The position numbers were made by a program, and so were the translations under genes. Positions 24,731 to 34,223 of a stretch of 41,196 bases of DNA are shown here, piece by piece (position 1 is the first letter of the stretch; each line of letters opens with the position of its first letter). This DNA is from an uncultured bacterium (lineage in GTDB: Bacteria > Lernaellota > Lernaellaia > Lernaellales > Lernaellaceae). Location: assembly GCA_964534375.1 (NCBI GenBank), contig CAZHPN010000033.1:1-41196 (forward strand), in the 5' to 3' direction. The notes under the pieces were generated by a model. That model did no database searches, had not been told where the DNA came from, and was given only the letters and a program-made list of their open reading frames with translations.

Positions 24731-26581
24731 TCAGGGCATCGTCCGGGCGAGTCGGAAGCCCAACCACGCATCGCGAACAGCGGGCGCGCCCCAACCGCGC
24801 TTCGCCGACCGGAGGAATTGCGCGCCGCCGTCGGCGTAACTGCCGCCGCGATTGTCGCGATACTCGCCGCTGGCCGGCCCCTCGGGGTCGATCGCCGAAG
24901 CCGCGTAGGGGGCATACCAATCCCAGCACTGATCCCAGACGTTGCCGGTCACGTCGTAAAGGCCCCAGGCGTTCGGCTGCTTGCGGCCGACCGGATTGGT
25001 CACCGCCGCAGTATCGCCGCAATACCAACCGATGAGCTCCAGATTCGGATCGACGGGGGAGCAACCCGGGTAGGTAATGCCGCCGTCGTAGAATGCGGTC
25101 GTCGTGCCGGCCCGCGTCGCGTATTCCCGCTCCGCTTCCGTCGCCAAACGAAACCCGGCGCAATCGTAGACCGAGGTCACCCCGTGCAGCGTAATTGTTG
25201 CGGCGTCGACGCCGCCTTGGACCGAGTTTTCGCAAACCATGGGATCCGTCGGCGTCGAACCGTCATGGCATACAATGCCCGAAAAAATGAAGCATGGGGC
25301 GTATCCGTCGGCGGCGGAAAGTTCGTTCGCATACGCCAAGGCGTCCAACCACGACGCCGATTCCACTGGGCAGTCGCCGCAGCCGGCGAATTGGCTCGGA
25401 TTCCAACCCATCAACGACACAAATTGACTTTGCTGCGTTTCATAAACGCTCAGTTCGAAATTGCGAGTCAGCGTCACCGGGTGCTGGTTCTCGTCGTCGA
25501 AGCGGCCCAATTCATCGGCCGGGCTGCCCATGAGGAAGGCGCCGTGCGGAATAAACACGAACCCGGGATCCGCCGTTGTGTCGTCGTCGTCATCGTCGTC
25601 GGCGCCGCCGCGGGCGCAACGGAAGCCGACCGCGTCGAGGGCCGTTTCGGGCGAGAGCCAACCGCGCGCCGAGGTGCGCAACGTGGTCGCGCCGTCGCCG
25701 AAGCTGCCGCCGCGCACTACCCGATCCGTCCCGCTCGCCGGGCCTTGCGGATCTTGCTGCGGCGACAACGCGTAGTAGGTCGCGTCGTACCAATCGTTCA
25801 CCCATTGGTCGACGTCGCCGAGCACGTCGCACAGGCCCCACGCATTCGGCGATTTCCCGCACACCGCATGCGTGGCGCCGCCGGAATTGGCCGAATACCA
25901 GGCGAGGGCGCCCAGGCACGGCGGCTCATCGCAGCCGGCGTAGTAAATGTCGTTCGTCCCGGCGCGCGCCGCGTATTCCCATTCGGCCTCGGTCGGCAGG
26001 CGACCGCCGATCGCCGCGCAGAAACCGGACGCTTCGGTCCAGTTCACGGTCTCGACCGGGCAGTCGGCGCCGCAATTGGCAAAACCGCTCGGGTTTTGGC
26101 CGGCGACGCTTTGGTATTGGCCTTGGGTGACCGAGGTCTTCGTGATCTGGAACGCCGTGATCGTCACGACGTGCCGCGGGCTCTCATCCGCCGCGCAGTT
26201 CGGATCGCCGGGGATGCAACCCATGTCCGCGGTCCCGCCAGGAACCGGAACCCAGACGATCCCTGTCGAATCGTCGTTGTCGTCGTTGTCATCATCATCG
26301 TTATCATCGTCGTTGTCGTCATTATCGTTATCGTCGTTATCGTCGTCGTCGTCGTTGTCATCATCGTCATCGTCGGGCGAAGCGTCGTCGTCCGCGGGCG
26401 ACGCGTCATCGTCGTCCGGCGACGAGTCGTCGTCGGGAGATACATCGTCGTCGGGCGAGGAATCGTCGTCGGCAACCGGCCGACGAGCGGTATGGCTGCT
26501 GCCGCCCGAACTGCCGCACGCGATCGTGCAAGCCAGCAACATCATGACCGGAAGCAACCACCACAATCCGCAGCGTTTCAT
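24731..26581 (-). CDS. Lipoprotein with two FGE-sulfatase/SUMF1-like (CLec-fold) domains
   Basis: TIA-C lipobox; RLPTEAEWEYAARAG, PNAWGL.D..G.V, RGGS, GFR.AR occur twice. Confidence 0.9.
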   Translation of the reverse strand: MKRCGLWWLLPVMMLLACTIACGSSGGSSHTARRPVADDDSSPDDDVSPDDDSSPDDDDASPADDDASPDDDDDDNDDDDDNDDNDNDDNDDDNDDDDNDDNDDSTGIVWVPVPGGTADMGCIPGDPNCAADESPRHVVTITAFQITKTSVTQGQYQSVAGQNPSGFANCGADCPVETVNWTEASGFCAAIGGRLPTEAEWEYAARAGTNDIYYAGCDEPPCLGALAWYSANSGGATHAVCGKSPNAWGLCDVLGDVDQWVNDWYDATYYALSPQQDPQGPASGTDRVVRGGSFGDGATTLRTSARGWLSPETALDAVGFRCARGGADDDDDDDTTADPGFVFIPHGAFLMGSPADELGRFDDENQHPVTLTRNFELSVYETQQSQFVSLMGWNPSQFAGCGDCPVESASWLDALAYANELSAADGYAPCFIFSGIVCHDGSTPTDPMVCENSVQGGVDAATITLHGVTSVYDCAGFRLATEAEREYATRAGTTTAFYDGGITYPGCSPVDPNLELIGWYCGDTAAVTNPVGRKQPNAWGLYDVTGNVWDQCWDWYAPYAASAIDPEGPASGEYRDNRGGSYADGGAQFLRSAKRGWGAPAVRDAWLGFRLARTMP

Positions 26582-26621
26582 CAGCCACCTCCGCCGCTTA
26601 AACCCGGGACCGGCCGCCGGT

Positions 26622-27656
26622 TCAGGGCAACGTCCTGGCCAGCCGGAAACCCAACCACGGATCGCGCACCGCCGGCGTGCCCCAGCCGCGCTTCGCCGAC
26701 CGCAGATATTGCGCGCCGGCGTCGGCGTAACTGCCGCCGCGATTGACGCGATATTCGCCGGCGGCCGGCCCCTCGGGATTGACGACCGATCCCGCATAGG
26801 GGCCGTACCAGTCCCAACACTGGTCCCACACATTGCCGGTCACGTCGTAAAGGCCCCAGGCGTTCGGCTGCTTGCGACCGACCGGATTGGTCACCGCCGC
26901 GGTATCGCCGCAATACCAACCGATTAGCTCCAGATTCGGATCCACGGGGGCGCAGCCCGCGTCGGTGATGCCGCCGTCATAAAATGCCGTCGTCGTGCCG
27001 GCCCGCGTCGCATACTCCCGCTCCGCTTCCGTCGCCGGGCGAAAACCGGCGCAATCGTAAATCGAGTTCACGCCGTCGAGCGCCGCCGTCGCCGAATCGA
27101 TGCCGCCGGCCGTCGGGTTCTCGCAATTCATGTAATCGCCGGCGACCTGTGCGCCGTTCCGGCATACCGCCGCCGAAATGGCAAAGCACGCTGGGCGGCC
27201 GGCGCGGATCGAGAACTCGTTGGCGTAGGCGAGCGCGTCGTACCAGGAAAGCGATTCCACCGGGCACGTCGATCCGCAGTTCGCGAAGTGGCTCGGATTC
27301 CACGACATCAACGCGCCGAAATCGTTCTGGGTCACGGCGTAAACCTCCAGCTCGAAATCGTTCGTCAGCGTGACCTCGTGCTGGTTCTCGTCGTCGAAGC
27401 GGCCCAATTCATCGGCCGGGCTGCCCATGACGAAGGCGCCGTGCGGTATGCGGGCGAATCCGGGGTCGGCCGGCGCGCCGTCATCGTCGTCGTCATTGTC
27501 ATCGTTGTCGTTGTCGTCGTCGTCGCTCGGCGACCCGTCATCGTCGGTCGCGCTCGGCGCGTGACCGGCGCCGCCGCCGGACCCGCCGCAGGTGGTCGCG
27601 AACACGACGAGACAGGCCGTCACTACGATCGACAACAACCCGAACGTGTTCCTCAT
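26622..27656 (-). CDS. Lipoprotein with one FGE-sulfatase/SUMF1-like domain
   Basis: ATT-C lipobox, Asp linker, F.MGSP..E, TEAEREYATRAG, PNAWGLYDVTGNVW, GFRLART. Confidence 0.9.
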   Translation of the reverse strand: MRNTFGLLSIVVTACLVVFATTCGGSGGGAGHAPSATDDDGSPSDDDDNDNDDNDDDDDGAPADPGFARIPHGAFVMGSPADELGRFDDENQHEVTLTNDFELEVYAVTQNDFGALMSWNPSHFANCGSTCPVESLSWYDALAYANEFSIRAGRPACFAISAAVCRNGAQVAGDYMNCENPTAGGIDSATAALDGVNSIYDCAGFRPATEAEREYATRAGTTTAFYDGGITDAGCAPVDPNLELIGWYCGDTAAVTNPVGRKQPNAWGLYDVTGNVWDQCWDWYGPYAGSVVNPEGPAAGEYRVNRGGSYADAGAQYLRSAKRGWGTPAVRDPWLGFRLARTLP

Positions 27657-27804
27657 GATGCCGCCCGTTGACTTTCCGACTCATTTGCGATGTTCGAAAG
27701 TATAGTGCCCGCGCCTCGCGCCACGCAACTCCCGCCGACACGGCGCAAAATCGACTTTCGAGCCGGCGGGCCGGCGCATCCGTCTCGCGGCGGCGATGCG
27801 GCGC

Positions 27805-29766
27805 CTACGGCAAGGTCCTGGCGACGCGGAATCCCAACGCCACGTAACGGTGGTCGGGAACGTCGCTGCCTCGGCACGCGGATCGCACCCCGCCGGCGCG
27901 GTAGTTCCAGCCGCCGCCGCGATTCACGTGAAGCGAACCCGTGGTTGGGCCGACCGGGTCGGTGATGTCGCCGGGGTAATCGGCCAACCAATCCCAGACC
28001 CATTCCCAAACGTTGCCGCTCATGTCGTACAAGCCCCACTGGTTGGGGGTCTTGCCGCCGACGGGCATTGTGCCCGTCCCTTCGTTGCCGCAGTACCAGG
28101 CAATGGCGGTCACGTGATAAGGAACCTCGCATTCGTAATGGGCCTCATCCAGACCCTGGTTGTCGTAGTAGGCCGTGGTCGTGCCGGCCCGCGCCGAGTA
28201 TTCCCATTCCGCTTCGGTGGGCAACCGATAGCCCGCGCAGTCGTAGACGGTCGCCGCGCCGTTGAGCGTCACCGTCGCCGAGTCGATGCCGCCCTGCGTT
28301 GCGTTTTCGCAGGCCATGTAGTCTGTCCCGGCCTGTGTTCCATCGGTGCACACGACGTCGCCAAGTAGGTAACAAACCGCGAGCCCGGCCTGCTCCGAAA
28401 GCGTGTCCGCATACGCCAAAGCGTCGAACCAATCCACCCCCTCAACCGGGCAATTGTCGCAACCCTGATTGGTGCTGGGATACCAACCTGCCAACGCCGC
28501 GAATTGCGCTTGTGTCGCGTCGTAAGTGCTCATTTCGAAATTGCGGGTCAGCGTCACAGCGTGCAACGTCTCGTCGCCGCCCAAGTCGTGTCCGACCTCG
28601 TCAACCGGGCTGCCCATCTCGAACGTTCCCGCAGAGACGAAGATGAATCCCGGATCCGCCGAGGAATCGTTGTCGTCATCGTCGTTGTCGTTATCGTCAT
28701 CGTCGTTATCGTCGTTGTCGTTATCGTCATTGTCGTCATCGTCGTCGGCGCCGCCGCGGGCGCAGCGGAAGCCGACTGCATCAAGCGCCGTCTCCGGCGG
28801 GAGCCAGCCGCGCGCCGAGGCGCGCAACGTGGTCGCGCCGTCGCCAAAGCTGCCGCCGCGCACCACGCGATCCGTCCCGCTCGCCGGGCCCTGCGGATCT
28901 TGCTGCGGCGACAACGCGTAATAGGTCGCGTCGTACCAGTCGTTGACCCATTGGTCGACGTCGCCGAGCACGTCGCACAGGCCCCACGCATTCGGCGTTT
29001 TCCCACACACCGCATGCGTGGCGGCGCCGGAATCGGCCGCATACCATGCGAGGGCGGCGAGGCACGTCGGCTCGTCGCAGCCGGCGTAGTAAATGTCGTT
29101 CGTTCCGGCGCGGGCCGCGAATTCCCATTCGGCTTCGGTCGGCAGGCGACCGCCGATCGCCGCGCAGAAACCGGACGCTTCGGTCCAGTTCACGGTCTCG
29201 ACCGGGCAGTCGGCGCCGCAATTGGCAAAACCGCTCGGGTTTTGGCCGGCGACGCTTTGGTATTGGCCTTGGGTGACCGAGGTCTTCGTGATCTGGAACG
29301 CCGTGATCGTCACGACGTGCCGCGGGCTCTCATCCGCCGCGCAGTTCGGATCGCCGGGGATGCAACCCATGTCCGCGGTCCCGCCAGGAACCGGAACCCA
29401 GACGACCCCGGCCGAATCGTCGTCGTCGTTGTCATCGTCATCGTTATCATCGTCGTTGTCATCATTATCGTTATCGTCGTTATCGTCGTCATCGTTGTCA
29501 TCGTCGTCATCGTTATCGTTATTGTCGTCGTCATTGTCATCGTCATCATCATCGTCGGGCGAGGAATCGTCGTCGGCAGGCGACACGTCATCGTCGTTAG
29601 GCGAGGAATCGTCGTCGGCAGGCGACACGTCATCGTCGTTAGGCGAGGAATCGTCGTCGGCCACATGACGGACATGATCGCTGCTGCCGGAACTGCCGCA
29701 GGCGACTGTGCCGGCGAACAGCGCCGCCGTCAACACGAGAAACAGGAACAACGTAGCGCGTTTCAT
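27805..29766 (-). CDS. Lipoprotein with two FGE-sulfatase/SUMF1-like domains
   Basis: MKR..TVA-C lipobox; long Asp/Asn linker; two FGE-like domains; GGAGG RBS. Confidence 0.9.
   Translation of the reverse strand: MKRATLFLFLVLTAALFAGTVACGSSGSSDHVRHVADDDSSPNDDDVSPADDDSSPNDDDVSPADDDSSPDDDDDDDNDDDNNDNDDDDDNDDDDNDDNDNDDNDDDNDDDDNDDDDSAGVVWVPVPGGTADMGCIPGDPNCAADESPRHVVTITAFQITKTSVTQGQYQSVAGQNPSGFANCGADCPVETVNWTEASGFCAAIGGRLPTEAEWEFAARAGTNDIYYAGCDEPTCLAALAWYAADSGAATHAVCGKTPNAWGLCDVLGDVDQWVNDWYDATYYALSPQQDPQGPASGTDRVVRGGSFGDGATTLRASARGWLPPETALDAVGFRCARGGADDDDDNDDNDNDDNDDDDNDNDDDDNDSSADPGFIFVSAGTFEMGSPVDEVGHDLGGDETLHAVTLTRNFEMSTYDATQAQFAALAGWYPSTNQGCDNCPVEGVDWFDALAYADTLSEQAGLAVCYLLGDVVCTDGTQAGTDYMACENATQGGIDSATVTLNGAATVYDCAGYRLPTEAEWEYSARAGTTTAYYDNQGLDEAHYECEVPYHVTAIAWYCGNEGTGTMPVGGKTPNQWGLYDMSGNVWEWVWDWLADYPGDITDPVGPTTGSLHVNRGGGWNYRAGGVRSACRGSDVPDHRYVALGFRVARTLP
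29558..29661. repeat. 42-bp tandem repeat (about 2.5 copies) encoding ADDDSSPNDDDVSP
   Basis: GGCGAGGAATCGTCGTCGGC recurs at 29558, 29600 and 29642. Confidence 0.85.
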
Positions 29767-29822
29767 GATTTTGCCTCCATTTCTGAATTCCGCACTCCGC
29801 ATTCGCCGCCCCACCCTCGCTC

Positions 29823-30866
29823 TTAGGGCGCCGTCCGGGCGATCCGCAGTCCCAGCGCGACGTAGCGGTGGTCGGGCGTATCGCTGCCCCGGCACGCCGA
29901 ACGCACGCCGGCCGCGCGGTAGTTCCAGCCGCCGCCGCGATTTACACGCAATGAACCGGTCGTTGGGCCCACGGGGTCGGTGATGTCGCCGGGGTAATCG
30001 GCCAACCAATCCCACACCCACTCCCAGACGTTGCCACTCATATCATACAAACCCCAGGCGTTGGGCGTCTTGCCGCCGACGGGCATCGTGCTTGTCCCTT
30101 CCTCGCCGCAATACCAGGCGATCGCGGTCACGTGAAAGGGCACCTCGCATTGGTAATGGGCCTCATCCAAACCTTGACCGTCATAGAAAGCGGTCGTCGT
30201 GCCGGCCCGCGCCGCGTACTCCCACTCCGCCTCGGTAGGCAGCCGAAAGCCCGGGCAATCGTAGACAGTCGCCGCGTCGTCGAGCGCCACGGTCGCCGAG
30301 TCAATGCCGCCCTGCGCCGCGTTTTCGCAGGCCATATAATCCGTTCCGGCCGGCGTCCCGTCCGTGCAAACAGCGTCGCTCAACGCGTAGCAAGCGACAA
30401 GCCCGGCGGCGGCCGAAACCGCGTTTGCATAGGCCACGGCGTCGAACCAATCGACCTCCTCGACCGGACAGTTCTCGCACCCCTCATTCTTGCTGGGGTT
30501 CCAACCCATCGTCGCCGCGAACTGCGCCTGCGTCGCGTCATAGACGCTCATCTCAAAATCGTGCGTCAGCGTTACGGTGTGCAACGTCTCGTCGCCGCCC
30601 AAGTCGTGTCCGATCTCGGAAACCGGACTGCCCATGTTGAATGTGCCGTGCGGAACAAGAACGAAACCCGGCTCAGCGGTAGCATCGTTGTCGTCGTTAT
30701 CATTATCGTTATCGTTGTCGTTGTCGTTATCATCGTCGTCGCTCGGCGACGAGTCGTCGTCGCCCGACTTCAGCGTCGCCGCCCCGCTCGAACCGCCGCA
30801 CGCGATCGCGCAAACCAACGCCCCGAGCGCGAGCAGAACCGACAAAAACACATTTGTGCGCTTCAT
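29823..30866 (-). CDS. Lipoprotein with one FGE-sulfatase/SUMF1-like domain
   Basis: MKR..AIA-C lipobox; RLPTEAEWEYAARAG, PNAWGLYDMSGNVWEW; GGAGG RBS. Confidence 0.9.
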   Translation of the reverse strand: MKRTNVFLSVLLALGALVCAIACGGSSGAATLKSGDDDSSPSDDDDNDNDNDNDNDNDDNDATAEPGFVLVPHGTFNMGSPVSEIGHDLGGDETLHTVTLTHDFEMSVYDATQAQFAATMGWNPSKNEGCENCPVEEVDWFDAVAYANAVSAAAGLVACYALSDAVCTDGTPAGTDYMACENAAQGGIDSATVALDDAATVYDCPGFRLPTEAEWEYAARAGTTTAFYDGQGLDEAHYQCEVPFHVTAIAWYCGEEGTSTMPVGGKTPNAWGLYDMSGNVWEWVWDWLADYPGDITDPVGPTTGSLRVNRGGGWNYRAAGVRSACRGSDTPDHRYVALGLRIARTAP

Positions 30867-31232
30867 CGTGTTACCTCCCTCGCGCCCGGCTTTCGGACAT
30901 TCGATCAGAGGCACCGGAACGCGCTTGTTCGCCGAAAATATGCAGGTCCAAAGATTGGTCTCAGACATATGCCGGCCGGCCGCTTCTGTCAAGGCGCCCC
31001 TACTGGAGGACATACCCACTCGTTAACGCGGCCCGTTAAATGACAGTAGGACTGCATCTGTGAAACGGCGCGAACACGACCGTCCGCGAACACAACCTCG
31101 CCGCGCGCGGTACGCGGCGCCAGCGGCCGTTTCGTCGATAGAAAAACAACGGCGCAAACGACGGGCGACGAAGACGCCCCCGGGCGACTTTCGCAAATCT
31201 CGTCGCCGCGATATAAATGCGCCGGAGCAAAA

Positions 31233-32783
31233 ATGAGTTCAAATTTTACAGCGCACACAGCGCGCAACGACGGCGATTGGCGAAAGATCTGGCCGCTACG
31301 TCATGCGTCTACGATTTTTGTCGGGGCGATCGCCGCTATCCCGTTGATTTCATTCCTGTACGTCGCCTTTGCACGGTTGCGTTATCCATTGGATCTGGAG
31401 TGGCTCGAGGGAACGAGCATCGGCATGGCGCGGCGCTTTGCCGCGGGGCTGCCATTGTACCCGCCGCCGACCATCAACCACGTGTCGGTGCGTTATTTTC
31501 CCTTGTATTTCATCGCGGTCGGCTCGCTATTTAAGGGCACCGGCGTCAACTATTGGGCCGGACGGCTGGTCTCCATCTTGGCGACCGTAGGGACCGGCGG
31601 GTTGGCGTTTTGGACGGTTTGGCGCGTTACGCGAAAATCCTCGGCCGCATTAATCACCGCCGGAATGTGGTTTGCGGCGTTTGGGTTTTCCGGTTATTTC
31701 TACGACCTGAACCGCATCGATTCGTTCGCGGTCTTCTTGCTGATGGCGTCGTATGCCGCCGCGTTCCTTTATCCGGGAGCGCGCGGCGGGGCGCTCGCCG
31801 GGCTCCTGTTAACGGCGTCGGCGTTTACGAAACAGAATCACATCGCGTTTATCGCGCCAATTGCTTTCGCGCAAGTGCTGCGCCGAGACTGGCGCGGCGC
31901 ACTCGCCTGCGCCGTCGCGTTCATGACGTCGTTTGGCGCCGGCGCCGCTGCATGGAATTGGGCCAGCGGCGGCAGCTTTTGGCTGTTGACGATGCAGTTC
32001 ATCCCCTTCGGAGCGGTTCGTAGCCGCCTGATGTGGTTTCCGTTGGACTATCTGCGGTATTTCCCGGCAGCGTTGGTAGTCGTGATTTTCTACAGTGTCC
32101 GCTTGGCAAAGCGATGCGACGCGCTGGCGCTTTTCGGCGACCCGTGGCTCGGCTATTGGGCGGCATGCGTGGCGCTCGCCTGGGTATTTCGCGTTTCTGT
32201 CGGTTGTTACACCAACGTCTACATGCCGGCGGCGTTGGCGACTGCCGTTGCGACGGGTGTCATGCTGCCCACCGTAATCGAGGCGGCGCCCGAATGGCTG
32301 CGACGACAGAGGCTTTGGCTGGCGCCATTGGTGGCGGCGACGTTGATTTTCCCCGTGTTCATCTGGCCGAAGGGGCAGATTCCGCCACCGTCGCAGTGGG
32401 CCGCGGCGCGCCGTCTGCGCGACTTCGTGCGCGCGGAGCACGGCCAAGTGTTTATGACGGATTTTCTGTTATTCGAACCGAACGTGCTGCAATTTCATTC
32501 AATTAATTTTCAGGACATGAGAAAGCCCGGCGGCGCTTGGAAGGCGGTCTGGCGACAACAATTGCAAGCCGAACTGGACCGAGCGCGACCGTCGCTCGTC
32601 ATCCCCTTCGGAGCCACGAGCCGCGGCAAAGAATATGATCGAATGTTGGAGGGAATGGTTCGGGAACCGCTGCCGATGAACATGCGCCCGCGCACCGTAA
32701 CCGGATTTGACGCCTGTCCCGTTTACTTTTATCGCCGGCCGCCGCCGCCGCCCGGCGGCAACCGCGATCCTTCCGCCAACTGA
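31233..32783 (+). CDS. GT-C fold (ArnT/PMT-like) integral membrane glycosyltransferase
   Basis: Many TM helices; first loop YPLDLEWLEG, YFPLY, GRLVS, RIDS, FTKQ pattern. Confidence 0.7.
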   Translation: MSSNFTAHTARNDGDWRKIWPLRHASTIFVGAIAAIPLISFLYVAFARLRYPLDLEWLEGTSIGMARRFAAGLPLYPPPTINHVSVRYFPLYFIAVGSLFKGTGVNYWAGRLVSILATVGTGGLAFWTVWRVTRKSSAALITAGMWFAAFGFSGYFYDLNRIDSFAVFLLMASYAAAFLYPGARGGALAGLLLTASAFTKQNHIAFIAPIAFAQVLRRDWRGALACAVAFMTSFGAGAAAWNWASGGSFWLLTMQFIPFGAVRSRLMWFPLDYLRYFPAALVVVIFYSVRLAKRCDALALFGDPWLGYWAACVALAWVFRVSVGCYTNVYMPAALATAVATGVMLPTVIEAAPEWLRRQRLWLAPLVAATLIFPVFIWPKGQIPPPSQWAAARRLRDFVRAEHGQVFMTDFLLFEPNVLQFHSINFQDMRKPGGAWKAVWRQQLQAELDRARPSLVIPFGATSRGKEYDRMLEGMVREPLPMNMRPRTVTGFDACPVYFYRRPPPPPGGNRDPSAN

Positions 32784-32917
32784 CCCGCTCGTCTCAGTCC
32801 AGGGGCGCCTCGCAAGAGAAATGTGCGCCGCGGGCCTGCCTCGCGAGCCGGGGACGCGATCGTCGCGAATCGTCCCCGGCTCTAGTGGGTTTGGAATTTG
32901 ACTGAACTTTTTACGCC

Positions 32918-33364
32918 TCAATCGGCCGGCATGGGCGAAGCCTCCGGGGACGAATCGTCGTCATCGTCCGCCGTTGTGTCGTCGTCCATCGGGAACGTGT
33001 CGTCATCCATGGGGTACGAGTCGTCGTCCATGGGCGTCATGTCGTCGTCGCAGCCGGTGTCGTCGTCGTTGTCGTCGTTGTCGTCGTTGTCGTCGTCGTC
33101 GTCGACGCACGGGGAGGTGTCATTGTCGTCGTTGTCGTCGTCGTCGACGCACGGAGACGTATCGTTGTCGTCGTCCATCGGATAAGAGTCGTCGTTGTCG
33201 TCGTTGTCGTCGTTGTCGTCATCGTCCAGGGTCACCGCGTCGGTGCTGGACGTCGGAGTCGCCCCGGTGGGCGAGATCGGCCCGCACGCCCCCAGCGCCA
33301 ACAGTGCCGCCACCATGGCGGCCGCGGCGGCAAACGCCGCCGTCGATTTCCTCTTCGCAGTCAT
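32918..33364 (-). CDS. Very Asp-rich small lipoprotein without a globular domain
   Basis: LGA-C lipobox, then PMDDD and SPCVDDD repeats; GAGGA RBS. Confidence 0.75.
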   Translation of the reverse strand: MTAKRKSTAAFAAAAAMVAALLALGACGPISPTGATPTSSTDAVTLDDDDNDDNDDNDDSYPMDDDNDTSPCVDDDDNDDNDTSPCVDDDDDNDDNDDNDDDTGCDDDMTPMDDDSYPMDDDTFPMDDDTTADDDDDSSPEASPMPAD

Positions 33365-33549
33365 CTCGATTTTCCTCCTGATGCCAGTTTTGCCAACTTG
33401 AAAGACGGCGGCAACCGTCGCGAGATTGCCGCGCGCTTTCGCCGGCCTCCGTTTGTCCAGAGTGAGGCCATATGGGACGGATAACGACCGGACCGGGCGC
33501 GGTCAATGAATGCCGGGTTTTTCGAAGAGCGGCGCGGCGACGGCGACGA

Positions 33550-34095
33550 TCAGTCTTTGCGCGCGAGAATGGCGCTCAGGGTCGAATACACCGCCTGCTT
33601 GCTGATGCCGTTGCGCTTCGCGATCTGCGTCAGGCTCATGCCTTCGGCGTACAAGCGCGCCGTGTTCCGCTGGTTGTCGGAAAGCGTGGCGCGAAGCTTC
33701 TTTTCGAGGCGGCCGACCCGCCGGCGCTTGTTTTCGCGGCTTGCGATCCGGGCGCGAAAGGCGTTGCTCCGGGCGATCGCTTCGCGCCGCCGCAGGTCGA
33801 GATCGCGCTTCGTGGCGGCGAAGACGGCCAGATACATCGGCCAGATGGCGGCCGGTTTCGTTTTCAGCGTGCGGGCCAGCTTGACGGCCGAGGCATTGTA
33901 GCCGAGCCGGCTTTGGTTGGCGGCGCCGTTGATGCCGCGCTCCATTTTCGAAATGTGGTTGCGATACACGCCCGACAGCCGCGACAGTTCCGTCTGGCTC
34001 AAGCCGGCTTGCGTTCGCACCAGCCGCAGCGCCTTTCCGCCTTCGCGGATCACGCTCGGATGAATTTCGTTGATCGGCAATCTACCTAGTTTCAT
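33550..34095 (-). CDS. Basic regulator with N-terminal XRE-type HTH and C-terminal second HTH
   Basis: LRLVRTQAGLSQTELSRLSGVYRNHISKMERG; GMSLTQIAKRNGISKQAVY; start uncertain. Confidence 0.75.
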   Translation of the reverse strand: MKLGRLPINEIHPSVIREGGKALRLVRTQAGLSQTELSRLSGVYRNHISKMERGINGAANQSRLGYNASAVKLARTLKTKPAAIWPMYLAVFAATKRDLDLRRREAIARSNAFRARIASRENKRRRVGRLEKKLRATLSDNQRNTARLYAEGMSLTQIAKRNGISKQAVYSTLSAILARKD

Positions 34096-34223
34096 CGTTG
34101 TGCAGCCTGCTCCGACCACGGTCGAAAGTTCGCCAAACAAAATTGTCGAGTTCGATGCTACGCCGCCCGATTCACGCCGTCAAGCGAGCGCGGCGGCAGC
34201 GGTGACGCACGGGCCGCCCGACG

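Noticed and set aside
24731..30866. True formylglycine-generating enzymes
   Set aside because: Catalytic Cys pair after RGGS is absent, the proteins are lipoproteins, and no sulfatase is adjacent
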